This document shows positions 38,925 to 51,810 of a stretch of DNA of 64,000 nucleotides, in pieces. A program made the translations under genes and the position numbers. This DNA is from Octopus sinensis (Eukaryota). The notes beneath the pieces are model-generated. The model made no database searches, was not told the DNA's origin, and saw nothing but the letters and a program-made list of their open reading frames with translations. Location: NCBI RefSeq assembly GCF_006345805.1, contig NC_043022.1:21576001-21640000 (forward strand). Direction: 5' to 3'. Within the stretch, counting starts at the first letter, position 1. Each line of letters begins with the position of its first letter.

Positions 38925-39250
38925 ATTATCGTCATCATCATCATCGTTTAGTGCCCGCTTTCCATGCTGGCATGGGTTGGACGGTGCAACTGGGGTCTGG
39001 GAAGCCAGAAGGCTGCACCAGGCCCAGTCTGATCTGGCAATGTTTCTACGGCTGGATGCCCTTCCTAACGCCAACCACTCCATGAGTGTAGTGGGTGTTT
39101 TTTACGTGCCACCGGCACAGGTGCCAGACGAGGCTGGCAAACAGCCACGGTCGGATGGTGCTCTTTACGTGCCACCAGCATGGAGGCCAGGCGAGGTTGG
39201 CAACGGCCATGATCGGATGGTGCTTTTTACGTGCCACCGGCACGGAAGCC
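38925..39250 (-). mobile_element. SINE family D with three internal subrepeats
   Basis: (CAT)n tail; GTGYTYTTTACGTGCCACC x3. Confidence 0.88.
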
Positions 39251-39281
39251 AGTATATATATATATATATATATATATATCT

Positions 39282-39620
39282 TTTATCTCTTTCATGTGTT
39301 TGTCATTTGACTGTGGCGATGCTGGGGCACTGCCTTCAAGGGCTTTAGTTGAACAAATCAACCCTAACTTTTTTTTTGTAGCCAAGTACCAAACCACTAA
39401 GTTACAGAGATGTAAACACACCATCACCAGAGATAACATAAACATGAACACACACACATGCGTGTGTGTGTGTGTGTACATCTACCAAATCCATTCACAA
39501 GGCTTTGGTTGGCCCAGGGCTATAATAGAAGACACTTGTCCAAGGTGCCACACAGGGGGACTGAACCTGGAACCATGTGATTGGGAAGCAAGCTACTTAC
39601 AACACAACCACACCTGTGCC
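39282..39620 (-). mobile_element. Divergent SINE family A
   Basis: Degenerate match over head and tail. Confidence 0.75.
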
Positions 39621-39913
39621 TGATGATGATATATGTATGTAGACAGACAGACAGACAGATAGAGAGATAGACATCATCATCATCATCATTTAGCATTCAT
39701 CTCCCATGGTCGCATGTGTTGGATGGTTTGACAGTTGCCTGCAAGCCAAAGGACTACACTAAACTCCACTACCTGCTTTGGCATGGTTCTTATGGCTAGA
39801 TGCCCTTCCTAATGTCAACCACCTTACAGTGTGGGCTGGGTGCCTTTTACTTAGCACCAGCACCAAGGAGGTGACCTTGCAAGACAAAGGTCCTTACATA
39901 CATACATATATAC

Positions 39914-39971
<58 letters not shown>

Positions 39972-39974
39972 ATA

Positions 39975-40190
39975 TATATATTATATAAAATACATTCTGT
40001 CTGTCTGTCTGTGTGCCTTCTAGGATCTCGGGCATCCTCCATCCGATTGCGCTCAAATTTGATATGTAGATACCGACGGTATCAGGGCATGTATAAGTCT
40101 TGAAAAATTACAAAAATCGATTCCAGGTGAGAATGCGATTGATGAAGCATTCTTTGAAATAGAAAACGGTCTATCTTTATTTCTTCTTTT
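39975..40190 (+). mobile_element. 5' fragment of a Helitron-like non-autonomous element
   Basis: TATATAAAA...(CTGT)n...CCGATTGCGCTCAAATTTG, organised like the 5' ends at 14889 and 45320. Confidence 0.55.
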
Positions 40191-40613
40191 GCTGGTGTCT
40201 CAAATTTAGGTTGAATCAGTGTTTCTCAAGGGGGAGGCCTAATGGACGGTCAGACAAGTTGTTTTGGGAAAATTTGGTTTAAATGTTTGACAGCTCAGCA
40301 CCGTCCATTGGAGGGGGGGGCGTTTTTCTCATATATATATACATATATACGCATCATTAAATGCAACCAAAATATTTGTGTTTGTATGTGTGCGCGTGCA
40401 CACACATATGTATCTGTGTGTGTATGCATGTGTGTGTATATGTGTATGTGCACACACACACAGGGTAGTCCAAAACTCTTTCCATTTTAACAGTCATTTA
40501 AATTTTACTGTACCCTATGCATATACATGCACATACATATATGTGTGTGTGTTCAAATACCCATACACACACCCTCACATGCAGAGGAAAACATACATAT
40601 GAAGAAACACACC

Positions 40614-40645
<32 letters not shown>

Positions 40646-40794
40646 TGCACGCATGCGCACGGATGTGTGTGCGTGTGTGTGTCTGTGTGTCTGTGTGTAC
40701 AAACAGTGCTGCATTACACAGTCTTTCATCAATAATCTCTTTTATCTTTCTATATTAAAACTTGCCTTCAAACTAAATATACATCGACTCTTAC

Positions 40795-40860
40795 ACCAGT
40801 AATTTATACATTTTCCAAAAAGGAATGACTTGTATCAAATTCATGTGATGTTCAACACAT
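40795..40860 (-). CDS. Candidate 66-nt symmetric phase-2 exon (CVEHHMNLIQVIPFWKMYKLL)
   Basis: tttctttag acceptor, GTAAGA donor, single open frame; no recognisable family. Confidence 0.22.
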
Positions 40861-41187
40861 CTAAAGAAACATCCTTTATTTCTCATTTTTACATACACAT
40901 ATAGAAACAGAGAGAAATACACACAGAGACATATACAGATGTTTGTATGCATATATACATACAGCATAACTGAATACACGACAAAAGAGGAACAGAGAAA
41001 GAGAAAGAAGGAAGTCACAAAGAAAAGAAATTCTGAAGGAAAACATGAGAATTTATCATTACATTTTGGAAATTCCACATAAATAGAGTCTTGAAAAATT
41101 ACAATCACATTCATCATTCACAAACTTAAATGATAAAGAGGAAGTCTGGTTTGTGGCCTTGGCACTTTTAAATGAAGATATATATAT

Positions 41188-41590
41188 CTCTTTTACTTGT
41201 TTCAGTCATTTGACTGCGGCCATGCTGGAGCACCGCCTTTAGTCGAGCAACTCGACCCCAGGACTTATTCTTCTGTAAACCCAGTACTTATTCTATCCGT
41301 CTCTTTTGCCGAACCGCTAGTTATGGGGATATAAACACACCAGCATCGGTTGTCAAGCGATGCTAGGGGGACAAACACAGATACACAAACACACACATGC
41401 ATACATATATATATATATACATATATACGATGGGCTTCTTTCAGTTTCCGTCTACCAAATCCACTCACAAGGCTTTGGTCGGCCCGAGGCTATAGTAGAA
41501 GACACTTGCCCAAGGTGCCACACAGTGGAACTGAACCCGGAAGCATGTGGTTGGTAAACAAGCTACTTACCACACAGCCATTCCTGTGCC
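41188..41590 (-). mobile_element. SINE family A
   Basis: Matches family A. Confidence 0.92.
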
Positions 41591-41794
41591 TATATATATA
41601 TAATATCTGAAAAATTAGGAGAAAAAAACGAAAAAAATTCAAGAGAAAAAGACTCTGAAAGAATGATTTGTATATATAATAAAATCTTTAAAGAGTAATG
41701 GGAAGAGATGTTTGCAAACGTCTGAGCTTTCTTCTCTGTGTTGTCAAATATTTCCAAAACTATCCACAGAAACAGAATGTTCATATAAAATGAG

Positions 41795-41868
<74 letters not shown>

Positions 41869-41889
41869 GTATAAAGACAATATGGTGAA

Positions 41890-42230
41890 GGAACATATAT
41901 TGAAGCTGAGAGACATCTTAACCAGACATATTCAAAGAAATACTAGTCAATGATCAGAAGACAGAGACTCACAACACAGAGGACAAGTGGGAGTTTCTAA
42001 GAGATAATTTTCTGCAAGCAACAGACCAGATCCATGGCTGGTATAAGATAGAAGTTGACTTGGTGGTGGGATGCTACCATAGATCCATAGATATAGCTAT
42101 GAATGCAAAGCAACAAGCCTGAAAGAATTGGAAGAAATAGAGAGCAAAGACAAATATGAAACAGATAGATGAGTTGCTAGATATCAGATATACTTAACAA
42201 GCAAAGAAAGTATGAAGTTTGCAAATGTTC
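41890..42230 (+). mobile_element. Decayed RTE-type LINE ORF2 fragment (EN-RT linker)
   Basis: EDKWEFLRDNFLQATDQIHGWYK...WWW...AKQQA*KNWKK, typical D.W..L....../WWW linker pattern. Confidence 0.6.
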
Positions 42231-42267
42231 ATTGATATATACATAACATATATATACATATTTTGTT

Positions 42268-42457
42268 TTTATTTATATTAAGGGCATTACTATACATAAA
42301 TGCCTTACACTAGGAGGGACTCTTAAAGTTGAAACTACCATAATAAACACATTGTACCGAAGGCGAGAGACAATGAGTTTATTATGGTAGTATTGACTTT
42401 AAGAGTCTCTCCTAGCGTGAGGCATTTATGTATAGTAATGCCCTTAATATAAATAAA
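42268..42457. repeat. Near-perfect foldback element, ~88-bp arms, 14-nt loop
   Basis: TTTATTTATATTAAGGGCATTACTATACATAAATGCC...CATTGT-ACCGAAGGCGAGAG-ACAATG...GGCATTTATGTATAGTAATGCCCTTAATATAAATAAA. Confidence 0.93.
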
Positions 42458-42992
42458 TATATTTAAAGGGAATAATTAATAAATTGTTCCCTTATGAGGT
42501 TTTTCACGCTAACTACTTGATAAATTCTTATAAAGATTTTATCCTATTTTTAAATTGCATATAAATATATATATATGAAAAAAGGTGCACATGTGGCTGT
42601 GTGATAAGAAGATTGGTTCCCAACCACACAGTTCCGGGTGCAGTCCCACTGTGTGGCACCTTGGGCAAGTGTCTTCTACTATAGCCTTGAGCTGACCAAA
42701 GCCTTGTGAGTGGATTTGCTAGACAGAAATTGAAAGAAGCCTGCTGCATATATACGTTCTGTTCTGTCTTGCCACCCAGTCAGTTAAGATTTTTCCATTT
42801 CCTTCTTCCTTGCGCTAGCTTGCTATACTCGTCTGATAGCCGAAAGACCCTGATTGTCTTGTTATATTTTTGTTGTAATTGTATAATTATTTTCCTATCA
42901 TTGCATAGCCGAAAGGCTTTTTGTCCATTGTATATGTATAATTCTATTTCTTATGTTATGTTCGTCCGATACAAACTTCTTCGTGTTTGTAT

Positions 42993-43373
42993 ACTCTTTT
43001 ACTTGTTTCAGTCATTTGACTGCGGCCATGCTGAAGCACCACCTTTAGTTGAGCAAATCGACCCCAGGACTTATTCTTTGTAAGCCCAGTACTTATTCTA
43101 TCGGTCTCTTTTGCCGAACCGCTAAGTAATGGCGATGTAAACACACCAGCATCGGTTGTCAAGCAATGCTAGGGGGACAAACACAAACACACATATATAT
43201 ATACATATATATGACAGGCTTCTTTCAGTTTCCGTCTACCAAATCCACTCACAAGGCATTGGTCGGCCCGGGGCTATAGCAGAAGACACTTGCCCCAGAT
43301 GCCACGCAGTGGGACTGAACCCGGAACCATGTGGCTGGTTAGCAAGCTACTTACCACACAGCCACTCCTGCGC
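42993..43373 (-). mobile_element. SINE family A
   Basis: Matches family A. Confidence 0.92.
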
Positions 43374-44086
43374 GTACATTCATTTCCTTACCCAGGGGCT
43401 TAATGCTGTTAGCTTAAGCCCTTTGCCCAACCATTTTCAAGTAGTATCGGAGAGGACTGGGTGAAACTACATAGACATTCCAGACTCTGACTGAAGAGGC
43501 AATTGGCTGTGAATGATCCATGTAGCTTGTTTTGTCTTCTTTGCTACTTACCACACAGCCACTCCTGTGCCTATATGCAGACAAATACACACACATGTAT
43601 ACAGATATCTCTGTCATATTTAAATCAGTAACCAATTCTGATTAACAACAATGTTTTGATGATTTGAGCATACACCACTTCTAAATTATTTTAAATTATG
43701 TATCTTAGTTACCTAATTATAGAAATAATGATATTTACAACTAATTAAACAGCTGTTGCGCACAATTAAATTATGAACTATATGTGAAATTAATGGTTTT
43801 TCTGCCTTATATTCTATATGTGTTGGTCTAGACATTCGTTTCAGCTAATTATGTATATAGATCCACGTTAGTTCCATCCGGATTTACTGCAATGTAATAA
43901 TGTATTGGTGTTTAATAACCTGTTATTAATTGAGCTCTGAATTAGATATATTTTTCTTAATGTTTATACATTTCTCTCTTTTTCTCTCTTCCTCTCCCTC
44001 TTTCTCTTTTTCAGTGAGTGCAGTGTTTTTCTAATAAAGGCACAGTAATATGCAATGGGAGCGATGGGTGTAAAAGCAACGATATA

Positions 44087-44258
44087 GGCGTGGGAGTAGC
44101 TGTATGGTAAGTAGCTTGTTCACCAACCACATGGTTCCGGGTTCAGTCCCACTGCATGGCACCTTGGGCAAGTGTCTTCTACTATAGCCTTGGGCCAACC
44201 AAAGCTTTGTGAGTGGATTTGGTAGACGGAAACTGAAAGAAGCCCGTCATATATATGT

Positions 44259-44300
<42 letters not shown>

Positions 44301-45560
44301 TAGCATTAAAGACCCGTTGTTGCCGGGTCATAGTGCTAGTGCATGTATATATGTGTATATATATATATATGTGTACATATTACATGTACATCTATGTATA
44401 TACATGAACACATAAAATACAAAATACAAAGTTATATCTTGATATCGCTAGTGATAACAATACTCAAAATATATAACAGACTGGAATTGTTAACCCGTCT
44501 CTTGTAATTTTGATCAATTGGATCTTGTCCTCCCTCTTGTATAGAAGTGTGGCTACAATCCAGCCTACCTCTACTTCTGAGGCGGGGGGGCATTTTTAAT
44601 TTTTTTCCAGGACGTCCTACATCCCAGATATAAAGGTAAAAATAAAATATTTCCACTTTGCAAGTTCGAGTCGAGTACTCCCTTGCACGCTCCGTTGACT
44701 CGAACCTTGCTGCTATTGTGGCGAATTTACCGCCTCTGATTAGATGTCTTTCATAGTCGCACCAAGACACTTTTCAAAAGTGCTTTCCTCCATGTGTTTT
44801 TCTCAACATTGTATACTTTATAGACAATAGTCTTTTCTTTAATTTAATTTTTTATTATCCATCTGGACTATTCCATTTCTGCACGCTAATTTTATTTTTA
44901 ATTTATTCTCATTCATGTGAAACCACTTATTTAAGTTCAAGTCATTGATGCAATTTTATACCAATTGCTATTTTTTTTTTTTATGTTACGATTATATTAT
45001 ACTTTAGTTTGATTTTAATTATTACTTACTACATATAATTCAATTGTTATTATTTTTATTGTTAAAGTGAAAGTATCTGACATAAAATAGAGAAATGTTT
45101 TTGTTTCACTTTTAACACGTAATACTGAAATAGTGGAGAAGATATGATATTGCTATGGGCTCGCTCTAGGCAAGAAGTTGAACATTTTTTGCCCATGAAA
45201 CTACATGGACCCTAAGTAAGGCATGTGTAAAATTTGAATGAAATTGGTTGTGTAGTTCTCAAATTTTAGGGAAACATACAGACAGACAGACACACATTCT
45301 CAGTTTTATATATATAAAGATATATGTATGCATGTATGTGTGTGTATATGTTTGTGTGTCTGTGTTTGTTCCCTCAACATCGCTTGACAACCGATGCTGG
45401 TATGTTTATCTCCCTGTAACTTAGCAGTTTGGCAAAAGAGACTGATAGAATAAGTACTAGGCTTACAAAGAATAAGTCCTGGGGTCGATTTGCTCGATTA
45501 AAGACGGTGCTCTAGCATGGCCACAGTCAAATAACTGAAACAAGTAAAAGAGTAAAGAGT
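44087..45560 (+). mobile_element. SINE family A split by a Helitron
   Basis: Head 44087-44299, tail 45321-45560. Confidence 0.88.
44300..45320 (-). mobile_element. Complete 1021-bp non-autonomous Helitron
   Basis: Minus strand: A|TCTTTATATATATAAAAC at the 5' end; hairpin GACCCG-GCAACAA-CGGGTC then CTAG|T at the 3' end. Confidence 0.85.
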
Positions 45561-45959
45561 AATATAATGGGTTATCTAGTTAAAGTTTCATTTGTGAAAT
45601 ACTGTTGTTTTGAATCTGCTGCAGAAAGTGGTCAACATTTGTGGTGGTGAGTGGAGGGGGCACTAAGAACGTGACCCAAGTGCCAAGAGGGTAGCAACCC
45701 AAAATTGTTTGGGAACCCCTGCTCTATGTAGTTGCTTAACCTCCCTCAAATTACACTATGCTGTCTTGCAAGCAGAAGAGTACGCTGGATTAATATACCC
45801 CCAGATACACAAAAAGATGTCATGATCACGACTGGGATGTCTTTGATCATAAATTTGCTCGATTTAAGCAGTCTTGTGGTTAAAGAACATATTCTGAAAT
45901 ATTCTAAGCCTGACCACAAGAACATAAGTTCTTGAACATAGACCAATGCAATTAGTCTG

Positions 45960-46742
45960 CGTGGATCTCTGAATGCTAGGCCTCATGAAGGTAATGACAA
46001 GTGACTGAGACCTTTGGCGATATACGAGTACTGTGCTTGAGAAGATCCATCAAGCCATGGCAAAATCAGTCATGGCCAATGCCGGTGTCGCATAACCGGT
46101 CCATTAAAAACACCCTTCAAACGCTGGGCGATATGCTGGGCTTGTGAAGACCTGTCAAGCCAAGAGAAATTGTAGTCATGGTCAATGCCAGTGCTGTCTG
46201 ACTGGTACCCAGTGGCACATAAAATGCACCATTCAAGCATTGGGCCTCATGGAGGCAATGACTGGTGACTGAGACCTTTGGTGATATACTGGGCTTATGT
46301 AGACCTGTCAAAAGCCAAGTGAAATTGTAGTCATGGCTGATGTTAGTATCAGGTCAATGGCACCTGCACTAGTGGCACCCTCAGGGTGATTAGCATTAGG
46401 AAGGGCATCCAGCCATAGAAACCTTGCTAAATCGGATCAGAACCTGGTGCAGCTCCCCAGCTTACCAGTTTTCAGTCAAACCATCCAACCCATGCTAGCA
46501 TGGAAAACAGACATTAACCCTTTAGCATTCAGATTACTCTGTTTAATCACATTGTTTAAAATTAATTGTAAAGCATCTTGTAACTCTGAGATTTTGATGA
46601 TGTCCCTGTTTATTTTTAAAATGACTTTGTAGGGTAGGTGTGAGAGGTCAGAGCTGGCTGGTATGAGCATAAAACAGGAAGACGATTTTGGCCTGATATG
46701 GCCAGTTTAAACACTAAAGGGTTAAATGATGATGATGATGAT
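45960..46742 (+). mobile_element. Long family D SINE with internal duplications; MITE P1 (46514-46725) inserted at TTAA just before the (GAT)n tail
   Basis: GACA-TTAA-CCCTTTAGC...CTAAAGGG-TTAA-ATGATGATG. Confidence 0.8.
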
Positions 46743-47324
46743 GTTAAGTAGAGATACTAAATTACAGTAGAGATACTAAATTACAGTAGGACTGAACCCG
46801 GACCCATGTGGCTGGGAATCAAACTTCTTACCACACAGCCACACCTATGATCATATCTTCTCAATAAGGGCCAATCTGAAGGTTAAAAGTTAACTCATCT
46901 ACAATAGCAAAGAGAACAGAAATGCTTATAACATGTTCTTCTCTTTGTAAAATACTTCTTTCCAATATGAACTTCTGGTTTTCTGTAAACAACTGAGAGT
47001 AATTGTTTTGTTGATTTTTCTAAGACTTCCATGTGAATTTGTGAAACAGAAAGTAAAGGGATTTGTTAAAGACGTTTTATTAAGAGTTATATAAAGGGAT
47101 ACGCTTTTAATCTCTTAAACTTAACTGGCATGGTTATTAATTTCCTGAATATCTAACATCTTTACAACAGAAACCATAAAAAGCAAGCTACTGAAGTATA
47201 TGTGTATGCTAAGATGTTTGTTTTGTTTTTGCAAAAGGCAAAAAATGATATGATGCTTATGTTCACATACATATCAAAGGTTATATAGAAAAGCAGATTT
47301 TCATCATCATCACCATCTCTCTTC

Positions 47325-47357
<33 letters not shown>

Positions 47358-48429
47358 GATTTTTGAAAATGAAAAGTGACTCAAAGAGGGACTGTGAAAA
47401 CAAAATATGAAAAAAACAACAGAAAGAAAATACAAAAACATGGAATGGCATTGCTTCATTGCTTTTACCCTGGTCTAGTTTTTCATGAAACTTACACTTA
47501 ACCATTAGATTATATGGGAGATCTAATATCTGTACTCTTTAGATATTAAAGTACTTATGCAAGCAAACATCCAGTGTGTGCTAGCAGCTGTTTATTTGTA
47601 AAAAAAATAACTGGTTACTTTATATATCTTGATAGGGCCAACTAAACTAATTCACTTTCAACAATACAAGAAGATAAACAACTTCCATAATTAAGGTTAA
47701 TTATATTCGTGTGTGTAAATGTATAATAGATATAGATACACACACACACACACAATGCAGAAACAACAAAAATGAACTCAAGGTATGGCTTGTGGGGTAA
47801 GAGGTTTGTTTCCCAACCACATGGTTCCTAGTTCAGTCCCACTGCGTGGCACCTTGGGCAAGTGTTTTCAACTATAGCTTGTGAGTGGATTTGGTATGTT
47901 GTTACCTGGGTGCATACATGTGTGTATGCAAACAAATACATGTGTATGTATGAAGCAATGTTACATGTATATTCTGTGTGTTAATAAGTGTATACATGTG
48001 TATATGTGCATGGAGCAATCAGATGTGTGTGTGTGTGTGTGTGTGTGAAAATGCATGTGTGAGTATGAAGCTATTGTGTGTGTGTATGTGTATACTGTGT
48101 ATATTTAGCATGTATATTTATGTGTGTGTGTATGCATTTGTGTGCGATCTTATTTTGTTAATATGTGTATGAGGCTATACATTCGTTGCTTTCTTCCAAG
48201 CAATCTAATGCTCTTAGCTTAGTTTTTCCTTGGGGCTGGCCAGATTGGAGCAATCTTGAGTATAACCAGCTGAAATTGCAAAGATTATCTGGAACTCGAC
48301 TGAGGAAAGGAAACTCCAAATGACCCAGCTTTGTTTTCCTTGTATCATCTATCTGGATGTTTTGTTGTCCCTTTTTTGTATCACCTAACTGTCTGGATTT
48401 TTTGCGTTTTTGTCCCATTTTGTATTTTT

Positions 48430-48462
<33 letters not shown>

Positions 48463-49470
48463 TATATATATATATATTAATCAGCCGAAATTGCGAGGAT
48501 GATCCCATTCTTGACTGAAGATTGAAGGCTTCGAATGTCCCGCCCGTGTTTTTTGTATCGTCTTCTAAATGTTTTGCGTTCTTGTCTCAGTTTGTATTTT
48601 TTTACATATATATATATATATATATATACAGACACATACATATATATATATACACACATACATATACATATACACACACAATGAGCTTCATTCAGTTTCC
48701 ATCAGCCAAATCCACTCACAAGGATTTGGTCGGCCCGAGGCTATAGTGGAAGACACTTGCCCAAGTGCCAGATAGTGGGACTGAACCCTGGAACCACGTG
48801 GTTGGGAAGCAAGCTTCTTCCCACACAGTCAACCCTGCATATATGTTTAATGCATACATTTAGCTTTGTTGTGCAGATACAGCCCTGCAATTAAATTAAA
48901 GTGGGGAACATTTACACAATGAACGAAGGAACAAATTGAACTGTTTGACCTGGTCATTATTGCCTTATCGGTGCTTCATATATTTTATAGAAAGAGAAAG
49001 GCAATTACTCAGAAATACTTATGAAAAATGCAATGAGCAACAGACATTACTTTTACACATTTGTACTACATATTGCATATCAACTAACAGTGTATATTGA
49101 TTAACTGACGTACTGGGATACTGTGTTTGCTAGTAAGTTGTAAATAAATTTATATATGTACATTTAATTAAGATAGATTTAGTTTCACTGTGCAAACAGA
49201 AATAGACCTTATGGCTAAATTTGAATAGTGAAGCTGAACATATTTAATAAAATATATGCATATTACTAACTATTTTTACAAAGTATCCACAAACATGTTG
49301 TCTCAATGTGTGTGTGTATATACACACATACACACACAAACACACACACGCACACACACACAGATACCGGAGTAAGCACTTAAATGTGAAACAAGGTGGA
49401 TAAAAGAGTACACAAATACCAGAGGTAGAGAAATATGCTTTATTTAAAAGCAGCAGAAATATAACAAAAG

Positions 49471-49504
49471 CTGTTACTCAGAGTTTCATGTTCCCGTTCG
49501 TCGG
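49471..49504 (-). ncRNA. Decayed Penelope-type minimal hammerhead motif
   Basis: CCGACGA-ACG-GGAA-CAU-GAAAC-UCUGA-GUA-ACAG; palindromic stem III ACUC-U-GAGU; stem I partner lost. Confidence 0.45.
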
Positions 49505-49868
49505 AAGGTTTAGAGATGATATACAGGTATTTTATGAAAACCCCACTAGAATGGGAGAAAGCACTAATACATGATCTAAGTTATATGATGTATAAAAACA
49601 TGTAATATACAAATAAATATCTGTAAATATAAAACCATCCGAATTTCTGAGTACCTCATTTCTTCTAATATATATATACGCGTGTGCAAGCACGTGTGTA
49701 TGTGTGTGTGAATGATCCACTCACAAGGCTTTGGTTGGCCCGAGGACACTTGCCCAAAGCACCACACAGTCGGACTGAACCTGAAACCATGTGGCTAGGA
49801 AGCAAGCTTCTTACCACACAGCCACACCATAATTGTAAAATAAAATTCAAATATTATGCCCCATAATA

Positions 49869-50102
49869 GGCGCAATGGCCTAGTGGTTAGGGCAGCGGAC
49901 TCGCGGTCGCAGGATCGCGGTTTCGATTCTCAGACCGGGCGTTGTGTGTGTTTATTGAGCGAAAACACCTAAAAGCTCTACGAGGCTCCGGCAGGGGGTG
50001 GTGATCCCTGCTGTACTCTTTCACCACAATGGCGGTGCCCCAGCATGGCCACAGCTCAAGAGCTGAAACTGGAAAAACAAAAAAAAAAAAAAAAAAAAAA
50101 AA
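49869..50102 (+). mobile_element. Chimeric SINE: family C head with a family-A-like 3' end and poly(A)
   Basis: Switch at TCACCACAAT|GGCGGTGCCCCAGCATGGCCACAG. Confidence 0.75.
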
Positions 50103-50422
50103 TACCGGCATATATTTATAATTACCATTTTGGGCCCTCTCATTCCATTCAGTATGACAACCAGGTGATATCAAATGAAATTGCACTGTACTTATTGAGG
50201 TGTTTATTGATTTATATAAGCTCCATTTGAAGTTGAATTTAAAATTGATCTTTTGATTTTGATTTGATATTGGGAAATTCATATTTAGAATCAAGATAAC
50301 ACTGGCAGCTTTCCAATGTCATGAAGACATGGATGAAGTAGAGAATGTTTTCATAATTTGGCAGCTTTTCTGTGTCATTAATGCCATCCAATCTCTATTC
50401 AATTTTGCTTGAAATCACATAT

Positions 50423-50453
<31 letters not shown>

Positions 50454-50640
50454 CATATCAAGATTTAATTTATTTCTTAAGCTCTTGTTGATGAGACTGG
50501 AAACCATACACACAAACACACACACGCATGCACACACACACACGCACGCACACACACACACATACACACACACACACACACACGCACGCATGCACACACA
50601 CACACACGTGCACGCGCGCACGCACACACACACACACGTA

Positions 50641-51432
50641 TATATAAGCAATAATTATAATGATATAGAATATGGAGACTTGAACATCCTCAAAATTTAT
50701 TTCCTTTTATTTTACAATTTCACATATCATGTTTTTATGGTTGTGATGACCTACACGTGTTTCTAATGAACAGAGTATGAACACATGCAACCGGGCATAA
50801 TTTTCTGTGCAGCATTGTTCAGAGTAGCTGGTGGACTGACCTCGAATGAAGCTACACAGAAAATTATGCCCAGTTGCATGTGCAACTGCCCATACTCTGT
50901 GCAGTAGAAACATGTGTAGGTCATCATAACCATAAAAATATCATACTCTCTTTTTACTCTCTTTTACTTGTTTCAGTCATTTGACTGCGGCCATGCTGGA
51001 GCACCGCTTTTAATCAAGCAACTCGACCCCAGGACTTATTCTTTTGTATGCCCAGTACTTATTCTATCTGTCTCTTTTGCCAAACCGCTAAGTGACGGGG
51101 ACATAAACACACCAGCATTGTTTGACAAACAATTCTAGGGGGACAAACACAGACACACAAACACACATACATACATATATATATACATATATACGACGGG
51201 CTTCTTTCAGTTTCCGTCTACCAAATCCACTCACAAGGCTTTGGTCGGCCCGAGGCTATAGTAGAAGACACTTGCCCAAGGTGCCACTCAGTGGGACTGA
51301 ACCCGGAACCATGTGGTTGGTAAACAAGCTACTTACCACACAGCCACTCCTGCGTTGTAAAATAAAAGGAAATAAATTTTGAGGATGTTCAAGTCTCCAT
51401 ATTCTATGTCATTATAATTATTGCTAATATAC
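50641..51432. repeat. Foldback element (~170-bp arms) interrupted by SINE A (50946-51354, minus strand)
   Basis: 50641-50813 is the reverse complement of 50851-50944 joined to 51355-51432. Confidence 0.85.
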
Positions 51433-51619
51433 ACACCAGATAATATTACCATCCAGAGTCAGAATTTACAGCTTGAGTATAACCAACTCAAAAACTTTCA
51501 TCTTCCAATAAATTGTAAAACATCTTAGATGCATCCCTCACTCCAAACACTTGCATCGTGTGGACTGCATAACTGTGAGAAAGCATTGATCTCAGTGAGG
51601 TGTAAATAATAAAATCTAT

Positions 51620-51810
51620 ATGGGGATCTGAAAAGTTCCTGGCTTTGGGTAAAAGAATATAAAGGAGGATCAGTTAATGATTTTATTCAACATATTCCCA
51701 TCTCAGATTCACACACTTATTGCAACGGTCCTTCAGTCCTGTGAAAGAAGTTGGAAGGATAGGCCTCATGCCAGGCCTTTCATGATATCCTTAAAGCCAG
51801 GAACTTTTCA
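51620..51810. mobile_element. Tc1/mariner-type MITE
   Basis: GGGGATCTGAAAAGTTCCTGGCTT...AAGCCAGGAACTTTTCA. Confidence 0.78.

Noticed and set aside
42820-42870. Hammerhead-like CTGATAGCCGAAAGACC
   Set aside because: No G8/A9 and no valid stem II or NUH site could be built
45732-45946. Overlapping 67/66-aa ORFs in unique-looking sequence
   Set aside because: No convincing splice sites or recognisable motifs on either strand
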